DNA of 64,000 nt, from contig CAZYVI010000016.1 in assembly GCA_964651245.1 (NCBI GenBank), positions 11,492 to 75,491 of the forward strand. The letters run 5' to 3'. The notes under the pieces were generated by a model. The model was not told the DNA's origin and searched no databases. It saw only the letters and a program-made list of their open reading frames with translations. Position 1 is the first letter of the stretch. Each line of letters begins with the position of its first letter. Shown here piece after piece: positions 10,601-19,740 of this stretch. Source of the stretch: an uncultured Anaerolineales bacterium. GTDB taxonomy: Bacteria; Chloroflexota; Anaerolineae; Epilineales; Epilineaceae. The translations under genes were made by a program, and so were the position numbers.

Positions 10601-11022
10601 CGGTAGACACCGTCGATGCTGAAGACGGCGACGCGCTCGTTGCCCGTGTCGGCCACGAAGACGCGGCCACCGCTCAGCGCCACGCCGCGCGGGTTGGCCA
10701 GCGCCTCGGGCGCCGCGTCGCCGCCGATCGTCCGGACGAACCCGCCGGCGCGGTCGAACACCTGAACGCGGTCGTTGCCGCTGTCGACGACGAGCACGAG
10801 GTCGTCGAACGGGTCGACGGCGATACCGCTGGGCGACTCGAACGCCGTGGGGGGCAGCGGCAGCGCCGCCGACGGCCAGGTGGCGGCGAGGCGCCATCCC
10901 TCCCGTGCTTGCGCCGACGAACCGACCGGCCGGGCCCCCGCGGGGGCCCGGCCGGTCGTGACGGCAAGCGCGGCGAGAAGGAGGATCGGTCCGGCTGCGC
11001 GCCGGCGACGCCCCGCCGTCAT
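7663..11022 (-). CDS. Secreted NHL-repeat beta-propeller protein with two vWA domains (paralog 2)
   Basis: Same architecture as 4154-7540. Signal peptide 'MTAGRRRRAAGPILLLAALAVTTGRAPAGA'. NHL repeats ('LVLVVDSGNDRVQVFDRAGGFVRTIG'). 'CAPRGDKRALP...DGDCP...IVLVLDVSGSM', then PT linker 'TATTTARPSATPTATPTTTGTPRPTPVPRPIYLP', then 'LAVVLALDTSSSM'. The C-terminus is '...DLPCDRRTP'. There is no clear SD, so the start is approximate. Confidence 0.8.
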   Translation of the reverse strand: MTAGRRRRAAGPILLLAALAVTTGRAPAGARPVGSSAQAREGWRLAATWPSAALPLPPTAFESPSGIAVDPFDDLVLVVDSGNDRVQVFDRAGGFVRTIGGDAAPEALANPRGVALSGGRVFVADTGNERVAVFSIDGVYRGAWSGLAGPWGVATSPDGRTVFVSENRASRIAVFGAGGERRATWGVFGGGDALNRPEGLAVLPDGRIVVANTGNQRLSVFDAAGVAIDSSGPLGAAVHDVVVAPNGTLWSTESGAAGRPDAAVSRDTSPGLPARMARLPAAGIAGVAVAADGTVFTSLRDDTRPLHGVRVWRGTQLIDEWGTVPVPLGLLDQPMLVAGRDGLRIVDRWRRAQHYDLDGQPVDQAPIGDVNDVAATADGVVVVRDAQVERIGTDGSLRWRAPLPATGGVPWARALHVDAADGAATVLDVGRQRLERFDAGGGPAGSTSFQSAPGVFTALWDLAPRPGGWWVVNRTAGTIEWRRGGDFGLESAWTVPGQPLRVASDDAGNGYVLNRHGWVWRYDDSGALRAVWRVARDGAPSTPTDLTVDARGRVVVVDSAADEVTVWQPDPAAAPGDVPSFEPRCAPRGDKRALPTRLVLGERTTVTLQIDGDCPPVRSATDIVLVLDVSGSMIGAKLDAAKAAATAFLAAIDVVEARTALVAFNQDATLEVPLTSNPAAVVAAVAGLQAGGGTDIARALTAARQELTGPRRRPQANAVVVLLTDGGSDAQTAQREAELTKLEGGRIFTVGFGAGVNEPLLRDLASSPGDYAFAPDAAALEAIYRGIAERLAASVLFRSVTVVDEVPANMRYVDGSGQPAPAIDGPRLVWRLADVPLTGTELRYELEPTETGVHPTNVVAVAEGNDGLGAPGRVVFPVPVVEVVAPTATTTARPSATPTATPTTTGTPRPTPVPRPIYLPVAARGCEPTRARLAVVLALDTSSSMTALTRAGRTKLEAAVAAARTLLDALELGRDEAALVQFDHTARLAQPFTADRGRLDAALAGLQVGAGTRLDLGLVSAAAALAGGPSGSDVLRAAVVLTDGRPTGTTADAVAAQAAALRATGAEVYAIGLGDDVDAALLQRVASRPTQLLLAPDAEDLERIFRSIARDLPCDRRTP

Positions 11023-11035
11023 CGGGTCGAGTGGC

Positions 11036-13363
11036 TCACGGCCGGTCGCGGGGGCACGGGATGAGCCGGGCGATGTCGCGGTAGATCAGCTCGAGGTCGT
11101 CGGTCGTCGGGGCGTGCCGGTAGTTCTCCGGCGTCGTCGCGATGGCCCGCAGCAGGTCGGCGTCGATGTCCGACTCGAGCCCCAGCCCGACCGTGAACAC
11201 CGCCACGTCGGCGGCGCGCAGCTGGTCGGCCAGCTGCCGGACGCGCGCATCGTCGCCGTTGTTCACGCCGTCGGTGACCAGCACGATCGAGCGCGTGCTG
11301 CCCGGGCGCCGCCGCGGGCTGTCGAGCTCGTCGATCGCCGCCTGCAGGGCGCGATCGATGAACGTGCCCTGCGCTTGCAGCGACGGCACGCGGTCGAGCG
11401 CCGCGTCCACCGCCGAGCGGTCGCCGGTCAGCGTGGTCATGACCGTCGCGTTGAGGTTGAAGGCGATCACCGCGGCCTGGTCGCCGCTGCCGTCGGCGTT
11501 CAACTTCAGCAGACCGACCAACGTCTTGCCCGCGACGATCGCCGCCTGAAGCTTCGACTGCGACCCGCCGGTGGTGCCGCTCATCGACGTCGAGTTGTCG
11601 ACGACGATCGCCAGGTCGACGCGCTGCAGCTCCGGCGGACACGGGTCGACGGTCGCGGTTGGCGTCGGCTCGGGCCAGCTGCGAATCGCGATCGGGAAGT
11701 ACCGCGCCTCGGGCGTCGGCGTGTCGGTCGGCGTGGCGGTCGGCGTGACGGTCGGCGTCGGGGTCGACGTCGGCGTCTGGGTCGGTGTGGGGGTAGGCGC
11801 CACCACGTCGATGAAGACCTGCGGGAAGACCGCCAACCCGTCCCCGCCCGTGGACTCGTGCCACTCGGCGGCGGCCAACTCGCTGACCGGCAGGCTGCCG
11901 GCGGCCAGCGGCCGGACCCGATAGGACATCGTCATCCGGCCGGTGACCGTCATGAGATCGGTCACCCGGATGCCGCTGCCCGGCGTGATCACCGAGTGCG
12001 CCCAGTGCCAGTTCGTCGTGGTCACGGGCAGCGACGGATGGACGCCCCACCACTCGGTGCGCGGGCCGCGCACGACCGAAGCGGGCGGGTTCGCCGCGCC
12101 GTCGAGCGCCATATCCGGCGCCACGGTGTCGTGCACGAGCAGTTGATCCATGCGCGTCGGAACGGCGGTTGAGAGCTCCTGCTGGTACAGCTCGAAGATC
12201 TGCTTGAGCTCGCGGGCGCTGAACGCGTAGCGGCCCTCGCTGGCGAGCTGGTCCAGGCGCCGGCGCCACGAGCCGCGACCCACGAACACGGTGACCACGT
12301 CGATGTCGTTGCCGACGCGGGCCCGCGCGAGGTCCCGCGAGCAGAACGCGCCGTCGGACAGCACCAGGATCACCTTGCGGCGCTCGCTGTCGGCGCCCTT
12401 GTTCTTGTTCGGCTTCAGGAGCTCGGTCTCCGCCTGACGGAGGCCGAGATCGACCCGCGACAGCCCCTGTCCGGTCAGCCGATTGCCCGAGGTCCCGACC
12501 CGCTTGCCCAACTCGCCGGTGTTGAGGCTGAGCAGCGTGCGTCCACGGTTGCCGAACGCGGCGAACCCGACGCGCAGCAGGCCGGAGTCCAGGTCCGCCT
12601 CGATCTGCGGATCGCGCAGGAACTCCTGCATGAACTTCGACACCTCGCGCAACAGGTCCTCGGTGCCGGCGGGCTCAGGTTCGGCCGGGCGGTTCGGACC
12701 GCCCGGCGACATGTCCGTCGGCACGCTCGGCGGGCCGGGGTTCGTGTCGGGGGTCTTGGTCGGCGGCGCCTGATCGGGCGCCCACAGCGCGCCGAGGCGC
12801 GCGACGAGCGGTGCGGGCGGCACCGGGTCGGGCGGACCGCCGCGCGGCGTCGGCGTCACCCGCGGCGCCGGCGTGCCGGGCTCGATGCCGCCGCCGACCG
12901 GCGTCGTGATGCAGCCCGGCGGCTCGCCGCGGTCCCGGCCCACGTTGTTGCCCCCGCCCGGTTCGCCGGGCTCGCCCGGCCCCGGCCCCGAGGTGGGGGC
13001 CGGCGGAGCCGGCTCCGACGGATCCGGCGTCGGCGGCGGCACCCGCGGCGTGGTCGTGGGCAGTTCGATGCTCGCGCGCTGGCGCGTCATCGAGTGCGAC
13101 TCGTCCGCCAGGATCATGATGTCGATGGGCACGCGCTTGGCGACGCAGGTCTGCGTGAACACAAGCGTGACCTGCGTCGTCTGGCCGAGGATCAACTCGG
13201 TGGGATCCGCCGACTTGAAGGCACCGGCGGTGCACAGCGGCGCCTCCGGCGGCGCGCTGCCTCCTGGCTGGGCGAACGGCGCCGCGCGGGTCAGCGCGGC
13301 GAACGACAAGAACGCGACGGTCAGTGGGGCCAGAGCCAGCCCCCAGCGGCGGATACGGCGCAT
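11036..13363 (-). CDS. Secreted double-vWA protein with long Pro-rich/PT linkers (paralog 3)
   Basis: ATG at 13363 is preceded by AAGGAG (11-nt spacer). Signal peptide 'MRRIRRWGLALAPLTVAFLSFAALTRA'. 'C...DPTELILGQTTQVTLVFTQTC...IDIMILADESHSM', then a proline-rich linker of about 120 aa, then 'TPTPTQTPTSTPTPTVTPTATPTDTPTP', then 'LAIVVDNSTSM...VLVTDGVNNG'. The C-terminus is '...LIPCPRDRP'. Confidence 0.8.
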   Translation of the reverse strand: MRRIRRWGLALAPLTVAFLSFAALTRAAPFAQPGGSAPPEAPLCTAGAFKSADPTELILGQTTQVTLVFTQTCVAKRVPIDIMILADESHSMTRQRASIELPTTTPRVPPPTPDPSEPAPPAPTSGPGPGEPGEPGGGNNVGRDRGEPPGCITTPVGGGIEPGTPAPRVTPTPRGGPPDPVPPAPLVARLGALWAPDQAPPTKTPDTNPGPPSVPTDMSPGGPNRPAEPEPAGTEDLLREVSKFMQEFLRDPQIEADLDSGLLRVGFAAFGNRGRTLLSLNTGELGKRVGTSGNRLTGQGLSRVDLGLRQAETELLKPNKNKGADSERRKVILVLSDGAFCSRDLARARVGNDIDVVTVFVGRGSWRRRLDQLASEGRYAFSARELKQIFELYQQELSTAVPTRMDQLLVHDTVAPDMALDGAANPPASVVRGPRTEWWGVHPSLPVTTTNWHWAHSVITPGSGIRVTDLMTVTGRMTMSYRVRPLAAGSLPVSELAAAEWHESTGGDGLAVFPQVFIDVVAPTPTPTQTPTSTPTPTVTPTATPTDTPTPEARYFPIAIRSWPEPTPTATVDPCPPELQRVDLAIVVDNSTSMSGTTGGSQSKLQAAIVAGKTLVGLLKLNADGSGDQAAVIAFNLNATVMTTLTGDRSAVDAALDRVPSLQAQGTFIDRALQAAIDELDSPRRRPGSTRSIVLVTDGVNNGDDARVRQLADQLRAADVAVFTVGLGLESDIDADLLRAIATTPENYRHAPTTDDLELIYRDIARLIPCPRDRP

Positions 13364-13642
13364 GTGATTCACGACTCCTTGTGGAGCGTCGTGCGCGCCG
13401 GCGCCGCATCCCCCATCGACGGCGCCCCCCACGCGACGACGCATGCAAACGGCCGACCATCGTGTATAGGCCGGCCCCCCCTTCTAGCCACCCATTATAG
13501 GCGGGTTGACGGCCGGCGACCACCGGAGTTCTGCACATCAACTCCACACCTGTCCGCCGGCCGTCGCAGCGCGTGGTGAGAGGGGCGCAGCCCGACGAGC
13601 GCTCCGATGCGGCGCCGAGCCGGCGCCCGCGGCCGGAGAACG

Positions 13643-13676
13643 CGACGGCCGGTCCCCCGCGGGGGACCGGCCGTCG
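13643..13676. terminator. Perfect GC palindrome (15+15 nt, 'acggccggtcccccg|cgggggaccggccgt'). Candidate intrinsic terminator hairpin downstream of CDS 13745-15676
   Basis: It lies 70 nt 3' of the stop of the minus-strand gene. No U-tract follows, which is common in high-GC genomes. A near-identical palindrome occurs inside the CDS at 10924-10957. Confidence 0.35.
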
Positions 13677-13744
13677 TCGTCATCGGCTGTGCGGGCGGGC
13701 GACGGCAGGCGCCGTGGGCGCCGCCGGGCTGCCCGTGTCGGACC

Positions 13745-15676
13745 TCAGTCGCTGCCGCCCCGACCCGCCGGCGGCCACGGCTGCGACCAGTCATGGCGGC
13801 CGCGGCACGAGTAGGTGTCGGCGATCTGGGCGTAGATGCCCTCGATGCGATCGCTCCGCGGCTCGACGAAGCTCAAGCTCGGGCTCGTCGCACAGGTCTC
13901 CAGCAGCCATGGCAGCACGCGGTCGATGATGTCCGGCGCGTCGGCGCGGCCGAAGCCGATCGTGTAGACGGTGATGCCCGCGTCCTTGGCCACCTGGGCC
14001 GCGTCGATCACGGTGCCTTCCTGGTTGCCCGTCACCGGGTGGATCGGCACGCGGTTCGGCAGACCGTCGGTCAGCATGACGAGCACCGGCGTGCTGTACG
14101 CGTGCCGCTGGGCGGCCGGGAGGGCCTCGATGCCCCGCTGGAACGCGAGGTCGAGGCGCGTGCCCTCGGCCTGCCGACGCTCGAGCCGATCGAGTGCGGC
14201 GATCGTGGCCGCCTTGTTGTTCGTGAGCTTCGACTCGATCCAGGCCGTGTCGTTGAAGCCGACGATCGCCACCTGGTCGAACTGGCCGAGATGATTCGGC
14301 GTCAGGCTCAGCATGTTCACGAACGTCTTGGCGGCGGCGATGACGGCGGCCTTCTTCTGGATGCCGTCGACGCTGAGGCGGTTCATGCTCGTCGACATGT
14401 CGATGACGAGCGCGACGTCGACCAGCTGATCTTCGCAGTACTCCTTGACCGAGATCGGCAGGTAGATCGGGCCCGGTCGCGGCGTCGGCGTGACGGTCGG
14501 CGTCGGCGTGTCGGTGGGCGTCGGACCCGGGGTGTTGGTCGGCGTGTTGGTCGGCGTCGGCGGCGGGGTGGGCGGCGGCGTGCCGGTTGCCAGCGGCTCG
14601 GGCTGCAGCACGAGCACCCACGGGTCGCGGAAGATGAAGTCGCCGCTGCGGTTCTTGTTGTCGGTGTAGGTGCCGTAGGCACCCTTGTTCGTGCGGTGGT
14701 ATCCGACCTCGAGCGGCCGGACCTTGAACGTGAACGTGACGCCGTCCTTGGGGATGTGCGTCTGGCGCCACTCGAGGTACTCGCCGTTGGCCCCGATCGC
14801 GTTGGGCTCGGGTTGGGCCGAGCCCTCGATGTAGTCCATGTTCTCGGGGATGTTGTCGATGACGGTCAAGCCCTTGAGGATGATGTTCTGGAACTGCTTG
14901 CGGATGGCGTCGAAGACGTTGACCAGCTGGCTCGCCTGCCGCGCCTCGAAGAAGTAGCGCGGGCTCGTCGCCGCCTGGCGCATGCACTGAACGTCGCAGC
15001 CGGTGCCGACACAGACGGTGATGACCAGGATGCCCGCGCCCTTGGCCTGCCCGGCGGCGGCCAGGACCGGGCCGCAGCCGGCGTTGTTCTCGCCGTCCGA
15101 CAGGACGACCATGACCTCGCGGATCGTGTCGCGGTCGGCGGCGTTCGTCCGACCGCGGGTCATCACGCCGACGCCGGCTTTGATGCCGCAGTCGATACAC
15201 GTACCGCCTGCCGCGCCGACGCGACCCACGCAGCCGTTCGCCTGGTTCGGAAGGTTCGTAAGCTGGCACAGCACCTTGGCGGCGTTGTTGAACATGACGA
15301 CGCCGACCTTGGTGGCCGGGTTGTCCTTCAAGTTCAGGCGGTCGATCAGCTCGCGACACGCCTTCTTCATCTGCTGGTTCGGGTCGCCCTGCATCGAGCC
15401 CGAGCCGTCGAGCACGAGCACGATGTGCAGCGGGAACGACTCGCCGGCGCACAGGGCGGTCACGGTCAGCGTGACGTCGACCGTTTCACCCAGCAGCACC
15501 ATCTGCGGATCGGCGATCTTCTTCTGGAGCGCGATGCACGAACTCTTCAGGTTGCCCTGCTGGAGCGCGGCCTCGGCCGGACTGGCCTTGGCCGGCGCAC
15601 CCTGCGTGAGCGCCAAACCCAAGGCGGCCAGGATCACGATCCCGACCGCTACCCCCATCGATCGATACCGGCGCAT
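13745..15676 (-). CDS. Secreted, Cys-rich double-vWA protein (paralog 4) with atypical composition (lower GC, Lys/Asn-rich)
   Basis: ATG at 15676 is preceded by GGAGAAGGAGA. Signal peptide 'MRRYRSMGVAVGIVILAALGLALTQGAPAKA'. 'SSCIALQKK..DPQMVLLGETVDVTLTVTALC...IVLVLDGSGSM', then PT linker 'GTPPPTPPPTPTNTPTNTPGPTPTDTPTPTVTPTPRPGPIYLP', then 'VALVIDMSTSM'. The DNA is about 60 % GC versus about 75 % in the neighbours. Confidence 0.8.
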   Translation of the reverse strand: MRRYRSMGVAVGIVILAALGLALTQGAPAKASPAEAALQQGNLKSSCIALQKKIADPQMVLLGETVDVTLTVTALCAGESFPLHIVLVLDGSGSMQGDPNQQMKKACRELIDRLNLKDNPATKVGVVMFNNAAKVLCQLTNLPNQANGCVGRVGAAGGTCIDCGIKAGVGVMTRGRTNAADRDTIREVMVVLSDGENNAGCGPVLAAAGQAKGAGILVITVCVGTGCDVQCMRQAATSPRYFFEARQASQLVNVFDAIRKQFQNIILKGLTVIDNIPENMDYIEGSAQPEPNAIGANGEYLEWRQTHIPKDGVTFTFKVRPLEVGYHRTNKGAYGTYTDNKNRSGDFIFRDPWVLVLQPEPLATGTPPPTPPPTPTNTPTNTPGPTPTDTPTPTVTPTPRPGPIYLPISVKEYCEDQLVDVALVIDMSTSMNRLSVDGIQKKAAVIAAAKTFVNMLSLTPNHLGQFDQVAIVGFNDTAWIESKLTNNKAATIAALDRLERRQAEGTRLDLAFQRGIEALPAAQRHAYSTPVLVMLTDGLPNRVPIHPVTGNQEGTVIDAAQVAKDAGITVYTIGFGRADAPDIIDRVLPWLLETCATSPSLSFVEPRSDRIEGIYAQIADTYSCRGRHDWSQPWPPAGRGGSD

Positions 15677-16212
15677 ACGTGTGGTCTCCTTCTCCCTCGT
15701 CCCTGTCCGCATCCCGCGCCGCCGGTCGCCTTGGGTGTGCACAAGGCGACCGGCGGGCACGGCGCGGCTCGTCGACCGCGGCCACGCCCCGCCACCGTCC
15801 TCGCGCGTCGCTTCGAAGGGCCGACGGTTGGATCGGGTGGCAACGGCGCCACCGCGGAGCGGCGCCTGGGCGGCAGTATAGGTCTGCCGCCAGCAAGTTG
15901 TCAACGACTCGTCAGGATCCGGTCACGTTGGGCCGTTGGCGCACGTTGTCCATGAAAAGGTGGCCCGACGCAGGTTCCCGTCGCCCGAAGAGCCGGTCAC
16001 ACCAGGAGGGCGATTGGCTATCGCCGTATCCCTTCCGACGTTAATAACCCGTGACGGCGACGTTGTGGACACCCCGGACCGAAACCCGGTCCGGGTCGGC
16101 GCCGTCACGGTTCGTCGGCCGCGACCGTAGCGGTCGGCGCAGCGCATCGTCACCATTCGCATGGCCGGGTCGCGGCGAGGGTCGCGGGCCGATCTCGAGG
16201 AGGAGCCGACGG

Positions 16213-17670
16213 ATGAAGGAACCCAGCTGTGGTCGCCGGCCGGCCCGCATCGCCGCTGCATTGGCGCTCGCCGCCGCGGCGGCCGGGGGCGTTGCCGCTC
16301 TCCCGTCGCATCGGCTGTCGGCCCAAGAGCCACTGCAGTGCGTGATCAGCGGCACGAAGACGGCGTCGCCGGCGCGCATCCGACTGGGAGAGTCGGTGCA
16401 GATTCGGCTGACGCTGTCGGCGGCGTGCCCGCCCGCGCAGTATCGCTCCGCCGACATCGTGGCCGCGATCGACACCAGCCTGTCGATGAACAGCCTCGGC
16501 AAGCTGGAGGCCGCCAAGCAGGCCGCACGCAACTTCGCCGACAACCTCGACTTCTCGCTGCAGCGCATGGGGGTGCTGAGCTTCTACGGCAGCGCCCGAA
16601 TGCTGATCGGGCTGTCCGCGGATCCGGTCGCCATCAAGGCCGCCGTCGATGCGCTGCCGATCGACCGCGGCACGAACATCGCCAATGCCATCGACACCGC
16701 CCAAGAAGAGTTGTCGCGCAACGGCCGGGCCGATGCGCGCCCCGTCATCATCCTGATCACCGACGGCTCGCCCAACGAGCCGGCGAGCGGTCCGGAGCAG
16801 GCGGCGATCCTGAGCGCCAACGCGGCCAAGGTTGCCGGCACCGTGATCTACACGATCGGCCTCGGGAGCGGCGCGGCGGAGACGCTGCTCAAGCAGATCG
16901 CCTCGGGTCCGGAGTACTACTTCTTCGCGCCGGGCAACGCCGACCTCGACGCGATCTACGAGCAGATCGCGCTCGTCGTCGCCAACTACACCGTGCGCAA
17001 CGTCGGCCTCACCGACGACCTGGGGACCTGGATGCCGTTCGTGGCCGGCTCGGGCGCCCCGGCGCCGACCGTGGCGGCCGACGTCCTGGGCTGGGGCGTC
17101 GACCCGCTGACCGAGATGCCGGTCGAGCTGGTCTACGAGATCAAGCCGACGAAGGTCGGTACGCACCCAGCCGCCGACCGCACCGCGGCCCGCTACGTCG
17201 ACCTCGACGGGGTGGTGCGGGAGTTCGTGTTCGCGCAGCCGATGGTCGAGGTGCTCGATCCGCCCAACGCGTGCGGCGACGGTCGCGGCTGGAGCATCAA
17301 CGTCCAGTCGTTTCCCGACAGCGTGGGCGTGTCGTCGGTGCGGGCGCAGGGCTGCAACCTGCGCTTCGACGCCGGCGACTGGGCCACGGGCACGGCCTAC
17401 CGCCTGCCGCCCTTGGAGTTCGTGCTGACGGACGGCACCGGCACCAAGGAGCTGTTCCGCGGCTCCGCCGTCCAGAGGCCGGGACGCGTCGACCAGTATC
17501 TGCCGATCCGCGTCTGCCAGCCGCCGCCCTACAAGCTGCGGCTCGTCACGACCGAGCTCAACGGCTACCAGCTCTGCCCCAACGCGTGGCGCGAGCGGAC
17601 GATCACGCTGCGCGACTTCCGGCCGGTGAACTTCCGCAACACGCTGGAGCGCTACGGCTTCGTCCGCTGA
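16213..17670 (+). CDS. Secreted single-vWA protein (paralog 5), divergent from the tandem array
   Basis: ATG at 16213 is preceded by GAGGAGGAG. Signal peptide 'MKEPSCGRRPARIAAALALAAAAAGGVAALPSHRLSAQ'. 'C...ARIRLGESVQIRLTLSAACP...IVAAIDTSLSM...ILITDGSPN' with a 'IYEQIA' terminal helix, then a C-terminal beta-rich domain. Confidence 0.8.
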   Translation: MKEPSCGRRPARIAAALALAAAAAGGVAALPSHRLSAQEPLQCVISGTKTASPARIRLGESVQIRLTLSAACPPAQYRSADIVAAIDTSLSMNSLGKLEAAKQAARNFADNLDFSLQRMGVLSFYGSARMLIGLSADPVAIKAAVDALPIDRGTNIANAIDTAQEELSRNGRADARPVIILITDGSPNEPASGPEQAAILSANAAKVAGTVIYTIGLGSGAAETLLKQIASGPEYYFFAPGNADLDAIYEQIALVVANYTVRNVGLTDDLGTWMPFVAGSGAPAPTVAADVLGWGVDPLTEMPVELVYEIKPTKVGTHPAADRTAARYVDLDGVVREFVFAQPMVEVLDPPNACGDGRGWSINVQSFPDSVGVSSVRAQGCNLRFDAGDWATGTAYRLPPLEFVLTDGTGTKELFRGSAVQRPGRVDQYLPIRVCQPPPYKLRLVTTELNGYQLCPNAWRERTITLRDFRPVNFRNTLERYGFVR

Positions 17671-17677
17671 GGGCGCT

Positions 17678-19498
17678 TCAGCCCCGCTCTTCCTGGCCGA
17701 GCTTGAGCACGGCCAGGAACGCGTCCTGCGGGATGTCGACATTGCCGAGGCGCTTCATCCGCTTCTTGCCCGCCTTCTGCTTCTCCAGCAGCTTGCGCTT
17801 GCGCGTGATGTCGCCGCCATAGCACTTGGCCAGCACGTCCTTGCGCAGCGCCTGCACCGTCTGGCGGGCGATGATCCGCGTGCCGACCGCGGCCTGGATC
17901 GGCACCTTGAACAGCTGGCGCGGGATCACGTCCTTGAGGCGGCGGGTCAACGCCTCGCCGACCGGGTAGGCCTTGTCGCGGTGGACGATGAGCGACAGCG
18001 CGTCGACGACCTTCTCGTTGATCAGGATGTCGAGCTTGACGAGCTCGCCGGCGCGGTAGACGTCGAAGTGGTAGTCCATCGAGGCGTAGCCGCGGGTTCG
18101 GCTCTTGAGTTGGTCGTAGAACTCGGTGATCAGCTCGCCCAGCGGGATGCGGAAGTGCATCATCACCCGCCCTTCCGACGGGTACTCCATCGACTCGAAC
18201 ACCCCGCGGCGCTCGGTGACGAGGTCCATGATCGGGCCGATGTAGGTGCTGGGCGCCCAGACGGTGAGCCGCATCCACGGCTCCTCGATCTCGTCGATGC
18301 TCGTCGCGTCCGGCAGCGCGGCGGGGTTGTCCACCTCGATGATGTCGCCCGAGTTCAGCAGGACGCGGTAGATGACGGACGGCGCCGTTTGCAGGAGGTC
18401 GAGGTCGTACTCGCGCTCGAGCCGCTCCTGGACGATTTCCATGTGGAACAGGCCCAGGTAGCCGCAGCGGAAGCCCGGCCCAAGGGCGACCGAGCTCTCG
18501 GGCTCGATGACGAGCGCGGCGTCGTTGAGCCGCAGCTTGTCGAGTGCATCGCGCAGCGCCTCGTAGTCCTCGGACTCCGTCGGATAGAGTCCGGCGAACA
18601 CCATCGGCTTGGCGGCGCTGTAGCCCGGCAGCCCCTCGTCGGCCGGCTGCGCGGCGGTCGTCAGCGTGTCGCCGACCTGGATATCGCGCAGCGACTTGAG
18701 ACCGGTGGCCACGTAGCCGACCTCGCCGACGCCGAGGCTGTCGACCGGCCGCATTTCGGGGGCGAACGTGCCGATCTCGATCGGCTCGTGTTGCTGCCCG
18801 GTCGCCATCATCTTGAGGCCGCCGGGCTGTCGGCCGCGGATCTCGCCATCGACGACGCGGACGTAGGCGATCACGCCCTTGTAGCTGTCGTAGTGGCTGT
18901 CGAATACGAGCGCCCGCAGCGGGGCGTCGGTCCGGCCGCTCGGCGGCGGCACCTGGCGCACGATCGCCTCGAGGACGGCGCGGATGTTCGTGCCCTCCTT
19001 GGCCGAGACGCAGATCACGTCGTCGACGCGGCAGCCCAGCAGCGTCGCGACCTGGGCGCTGACCGCCTCGGGGTCGGCCGCCGGGAGGTCGATCTTGTTG
19101 ACGACCGGGATGATCGCGAGGTCGTTGTCGAGCGCCAGGTAGAGGTTGGCCAGCGTCTGCGCCTCGATGCCCTGCGTCGCGTCGACGACGAGGATGGCGC
19201 CCTCGCACGCGGCGAGCGCCCGGCTGACCTCGTAGGCGAAGTCGACGTGCCCGGGCGTGTCGATGAGGTGGAGGACGACGTCGTCGCCGGCCTCGGTGCG
19301 GTAGCGCATCCGGACCGCGCTGGCCTTGATCGTCACGCCGCGCTCGCGCTCGAGGTCCATCGAGTCGAGCGCCTGCGCCACCATGCGCCGCCCGTCGATC
19401 GTCGCCGTCAGCTCGAGCAGCCGGTCGGCCAGCGTGCTCTTGCCGTGGTCGATGTGCGCGATGATGCAGAAGTTGCGGATCCGGCTCGGGTCGGTCAT
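17678..19498 (-). CDS. lepA: Elongation factor 4 (LepA), translational GTPase
   Basis: '[31 protein letters not shown]...[16 protein letters not shown]...[11 protein letters not shown]' carries the G1-G4 GTPase motifs plus the LepA C-terminal domain. The ATG at 19498 was chosen over the upstream Arg-rich extension. It is convergent with 16213-17670. Confidence 0.9.
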   Translation of the reverse strand: MTDPSRIRNFCIIAHIDHGKSTLADRLLELTATIDGRRMVAQALDSMDLERERGVTIKASAVRMRYRTEAGDDVVLHLIDTPGHVDFAYEVSRALAACEGAILVVDATQGIEAQTLANLYLALDNDLAIIPVVNKIDLPAADPEAVSAQVATLLGCRVDDVICVSAKEGTNIRAVLEAIVRQVPPPSGRTDAPLRALVFDSHYDSYKGVIAYVRVVDGEIRGRQPGGLKMMATGQQHEPIEIGTFAPEMRPVDSLGVGEVGYVATGLKSLRDIQVGDTLTTAAQPADEGLPGYSAAKPMVFAGLYPTESEDYEALRDALDKLRLNDAALVIEPESSVALGPGFRCGYLGLFHMEIVQERLEREYDLDLLQTAPSVIYRVLLNSGDIIEVDNPAALPDATSIDEIEEPWMRLTVWAPSTYIGPIMDLVTERRGVFESMEYPSEGRVMMHFRIPLGELITEFYDQLKSRTRGYASMDYHFDVYRAGELVKLDILINEKVVDALSLIVHRDKAYPVGEALTRRLKDVIPRQLFKVPIQAAVGTRIIARQTVQALRKDVLAKCYGGDITRKRKLLEKQKAGKKRMKRLGNVDIPQDAFLAVLKLGQEERG

Positions 19499-19740
19499 CG
19501 CGGCGGCTCGGCGGGCCAGGCGGTGGCGTCGCCGCCGTCGTGCACGGAGGAGCGACGGCGCCCTTCGGCGGGCGGCGCGCAAGTGTAGCACAGCCGCGGC
19601 GGCCGCCTGTGGCGCGCCGCGACCGCCGCGGCGCAACCGCGCGCCCCAGATCGGCGTACACTTGGCCGGCCTGCCCGGTGGGCGGCGCCAACGTATCGGA
19701 CGCACCGCACGTGCCTCCCGACCTCAGGAGATGGACGATC

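Noticed and set aside
11690-11830. Short tandem repeats (gtcggcgtg / ggcgtcggt ...), which could be mistaken for a CRISPR or VNTR array
   Set aside because: They are imperfect codon repeats encoding the Pro/Thr linker of the vWA protein at 11036-13363 on the minus strand. There are no uniform spacers or direct repeats of CRISPR size, and no cas genes.
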